NCBI GenBank assembly: GCA_963749915.1
Contig: CAVVOP010000032.1
Span: 96,001 to 160,000 of the forward strand
Length of the DNA stretch: 64,000 bases
DNA from: an uncultured cyanobacterium
Lineage (GTDB): Bacteria; Cyanobacteriota; Cyanobacteriia; Cyanobacteriales; Cyanobacteriaceae
Direction of reading: 5' to 3'
Every line of letters begins with the position of its first letter. The stretch's first letter is position 1. Positions 61,374 to 64,000 of this stretch are shown here, piece by piece. The notes below the pieces were generated by a model. It searched no databases. It saw only the letters and a program-made list of their open reading frames with translations, and was not told the origin of the DNA. The position numbers and the translations under genes were made by a program.

Positions 61374-63209
61374 ATGATAAATAATTTTGGACAAATTTGT
61401 AATATTGCTCGTCAGAGTTTCGTCGGAAAAAATCTTCCGAATAATCTTTATGTGCATATTTCTGCACTTATTTGTATGGATAAAATTTTACAAAAATATG
61501 AGCAAGAAGCAAGAAGAATAATTGATAATATTAATGACTTTACGTTAGTTAAGTTTAACCTGGAAGAAGCAAAAATATCTTATCTTTATTATCCTGATTT
61601 TGACAACAATCCCCATCCTACACTCAACAAAAGTATTGTCGTTAATATAGTAGATAAAACTAGTAAAATAATTAGTTATAAAAACTCTAACAACCCACCT
61701 ATTTTACATCGAAAAGAAACTTTTGTTAACGTTGACTATGTTCATTATGATAAGTTTAAACACCTAACAAATGTAGAAGAAAAATTGAGCCTGTTAGATA
61801 ATGTTCGTTATATTGGTACACAAAAAGAATGGCAACAATTGTTAACTGATAATTTCTTAATTTTTATCGATCATAATTTGGCTTGTTATATTAATAGAAA
61901 TAATCATCATCAAGAATTTATTAAAATTGAGCGTCACAGAGCCGCAATTCATCGTAATAGACTTTCTCGCCCTGTTAAATTAGCCTTAGAAGCTGGTTTG
62001 TTTTCTGAAAAAACTACCTTTTTTGATTATGGTTGTGGTCATGGTTTGGATGTGAAAATAATGGCAGAAAATGGTTATAACAGTAGTGGTTGGGATCTTT
62101 ATTATCAACCTAATAATCCTTTAATCAATGCCGATATTGTTAATTTGGGTTATGTTATTAATGTCATTGAAAATGTCGCGGAAAGGCGAGAATCCTTAGT
62201 GAAATCATGGTCATTAACTCAACAAGTTTTAATTGTAGCGGCACAGGTATTAGTTGACGATCGCAAAAAGGGTTTTATGGCGTATGGTGATGGTATAGTA
62301 ACAGAAAGAAACACTTTTCAAAAATACTATGAACAAGAGGAGTTAAAAACTTATATTGAACAGGTATTAAATCAAGAAGCAATTCCAGCAGGACTAGGAA
62401 TTTATTTTGTTTTTAGAGATGAAGAAAAAGCGAATAATTTTCGTGCCTCTCGTTTTCATTCCCGAGTAAAAGCCCCTCGGATTTTATTGCCTGTCAAAAA
62501 ATTTGCTGATTATCAAGAATTGTTAAATCCTTTGATGAATTTTTATACGGAAAGAGGAAGATTACCCCAAAAAGGAGAATTATCTCAGGAGGCGGAAATA
62601 AAAACAGAATTTCGCTCTTTGAGACAAGCATTTAAGGTAATTTTACAGGTAACAAATGAAGCGGAATGGGAGCACATTGCGGATCAACGTCGTCAAGATA
62701 TATTGTTATATTTAGCCTTGAGTCGTTTTGAGCAAAGACCAAGTATTCGTCAATTATCTCCCGTTTTAAAAGCGGATATAAAAAATTTATTTGGTAATTA
62801 TCAAGCCGCTTGTTTTTTAGCAGATGAAATGTTAATTACCCTCAGAAATTTAGATATAATTAAGCAAATTTGTCAAAATGTTAAGGTAGGAAAAATATTT
62901 GAAAAAAGTTTTTTAGTTCATCTTAATACTCTAGATTATTTGCCTACTTTGTTGCGCTTATATGAGGGGTGCGCTAGTCGTACCATTGGTAGAATGGAGG
63001 AGGCAAATTTAATTAGATTTTACTTTAATATTCCTCGGATTAGTTATTTATATGTTCCTAATTTTTCTAGAAAAAAATACCCTATTTTGCGTGCAATTAT
63101 GACTATCGATTTGCAAGATTTAAGAGTACAATATCGCAATTTTACTGAGGATAAAGATGCTCCTATTATTAAAGATAAACACTTATTAATTTTCCCTGAT
63201 AATAGTTGA
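61374..63209 (+). CDS. DNA phosphorothioation-associated putative methyltransferase family protein
   Basis: KIERHRAAI.R..LSRP, FDYGCGHG, VNLGYVINVIE, TFQKYYEQEEL, NPPILHRKE. Confidence 0.85.
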   Translation: MINNFGQICNIARQSFVGKNLPNNLYVHISALICMDKILQKYEQEARRIIDNINDFTLVKFNLEEAKISYLYYPDFDNNPHPTLNKSIVVNIVDKTSKIISYKNSNNPPILHRKETFVNVDYVHYDKFKHLTNVEEKLSLLDNVRYIGTQKEWQQLLTDNFLIFIDHNLACYINRNNHHQEFIKIERHRAAIHRNRLSRPVKLALEAGLFSEKTTFFDYGCGHGLDVKIMAENGYNSSGWDLYYQPNNPLINADIVNLGYVINVIENVAERRESLVKSWSLTQQVLIVAAQVLVDDRKKGFMAYGDGIVTERNTFQKYYEQEELKTYIEQVLNQEAIPAGLGIYFVFRDEEKANNFRASRFHSRVKAPRILLPVKKFADYQELLNPLMNFYTERGRLPQKGELSQEAEIKTEFRSLRQAFKVILQVTNEAEWEHIADQRRQDILLYLALSRFEQRPSIRQLSPVLKADIKNLFGNYQAACFLADEMLITLRNLDIIKQICQNVKVGKIFEKSFLVHLNTLDYLPTLLRLYEGCASRTIGRMEEANLIRFYFNIPRISYLYVPNFSRKKYPILRAIMTIDLQDLRVQYRNFTEDKDAPIIKDKHLLIFPDNS

Positions 63210-63263
63210 CAATGAATAATAAACAATTGACAATAAATAATTAATCAAGTTTATAGTATTATT

Positions 63264-64000
63264 ATGAAAGTTATTGTTGGTGATATTGGTGGTACAAAAA
63301 CTTTATTATGTTTATTAGAAGTAATTAATAATGAACATTATCAGATATTAAAACAATCAAGATATTCTAGTCTTATTTATGATAATTTTGAGTCTATGGT
63401 TAAAGACTTTTTACAGAAAGATTCCGCAGATCAAGGTTGTTTTGCGATCGCAGGTCCAGTAGTTAATAATAGTTGTCATTTAACGAACTTGAATTGGTAT
63501 TTGGAAGGAGAAAATTTAGCTAATCAATTAAAAGTAAAAAAAGTAACTTTATTAAATGATTTTGCTGCCGTTAGCTATGGAATTTTAACGTTAAAAGAAG
63601 AAGAATTATATACTTTACAAATGGGCGAAGACCATAGTAACTCAACCATAGGAGTAATTGGTGCCGGTACGGGATTAGGAGAAAGCTTTTTAGTTAATCA
63701 TGATGGTAAATATCAAGTAATTTCCACAGAAGGAGGGCATACAGATTTTAGTGCTAAAAATGAATTAGAATGGCAACTATTAAATTATTTAAAGAGTAAG
63801 AATAAATGGGATCGAGTTTCGGTTGAAAGGATAGTTTCTGGACAAGGAATAGTAGCGATATATCAATTTTTAAGACATATAAATTTTGCTCAAGAATCTG
63901 CTGAAATTAGCCAACAAATTAAACAATGGGAATCAGGAGATAATTCTATCGATCCCGGTGCTATAATTGGCTTATCGGCCATGAGAAAAGATAATATTTT
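63264..64000 (+). CDS. glk: Glucokinase (3' end outside window)
   Basis: GDIGGTKT, FAIAGPV, LLNDF, GAGTGLG, TEGGH, VERIVSGQG. Confidence 0.95.
   Translation, partial: MKVIVGDIGGTKTLLCLLEVINNEHYQILKQSRYSSLIYDNFESMVKDFLQKDSADQGCFAIAGPVVNNSCHLTNLNWYLEGENLANQLKVKKVTLLNDFAAVSYGILTLKEEELYTLQMGEDHSNSTIGVIGAGTGLGESFLVNHDGKYQVISTEGGHTDFSAKNELEWQLLNYLKSKNKWDRVSVERIVSGQGIVAIYQFLRHINFAQESAEISQQIKQWESGDNSIDPGAIIGLSAMRKDNI

Overview
AT-rich cyanobacterial chromosome segment (psbN/psbH/psbP, ftrC, glpX, frequent HIP1 GCGATCGC octamers; a Cyanobacterium/Geminocystis-like host is my inference). Most of it is housekeeping: lpdA, sufCD, maf, tRNA-Ser, pckA, alr, a group 2 sigma factor, plsY, a thiO-thiG fusion, pgi, glpX, cdsA and glk. 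Four accessory parts stand out. (1) 1-7.2 kb: two GC-richer surface-protein genes, a heme peroxidase C-terminus and a 1619-aa adhesin with an ice-binding-fold-like tip and five SdrD-B repeats. (2) 14.5-19.8 kb: a 1765-aa protein made of a RelE-like head, an apparently inactivated UvrD/TRANK1-like helicase and about 85 Trp/Cys-rich 13-aa TPR-like repeats. (3) Two IS605/tnpB right-end hairpins whose terminal TTGA supplies the stop codon of the adjacent host gene; one is fused to an orphan RTX-repeat fragment. (4) 40.3-57.3 kb: a copper-resistance island (CopBAC-like RND parts, PcoA/PcoB-type oxidase and outer-membrane protein, copRS) with three CopR boxes, an inserted ABC ATPase/DUF4276 cassette and many internally deleted IS, TA and tadA remnants. 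No CRISPR array, rRNA, integrase or reverse transcriptase was seen. All family assignments come from motif recognition by eye, not database searches.
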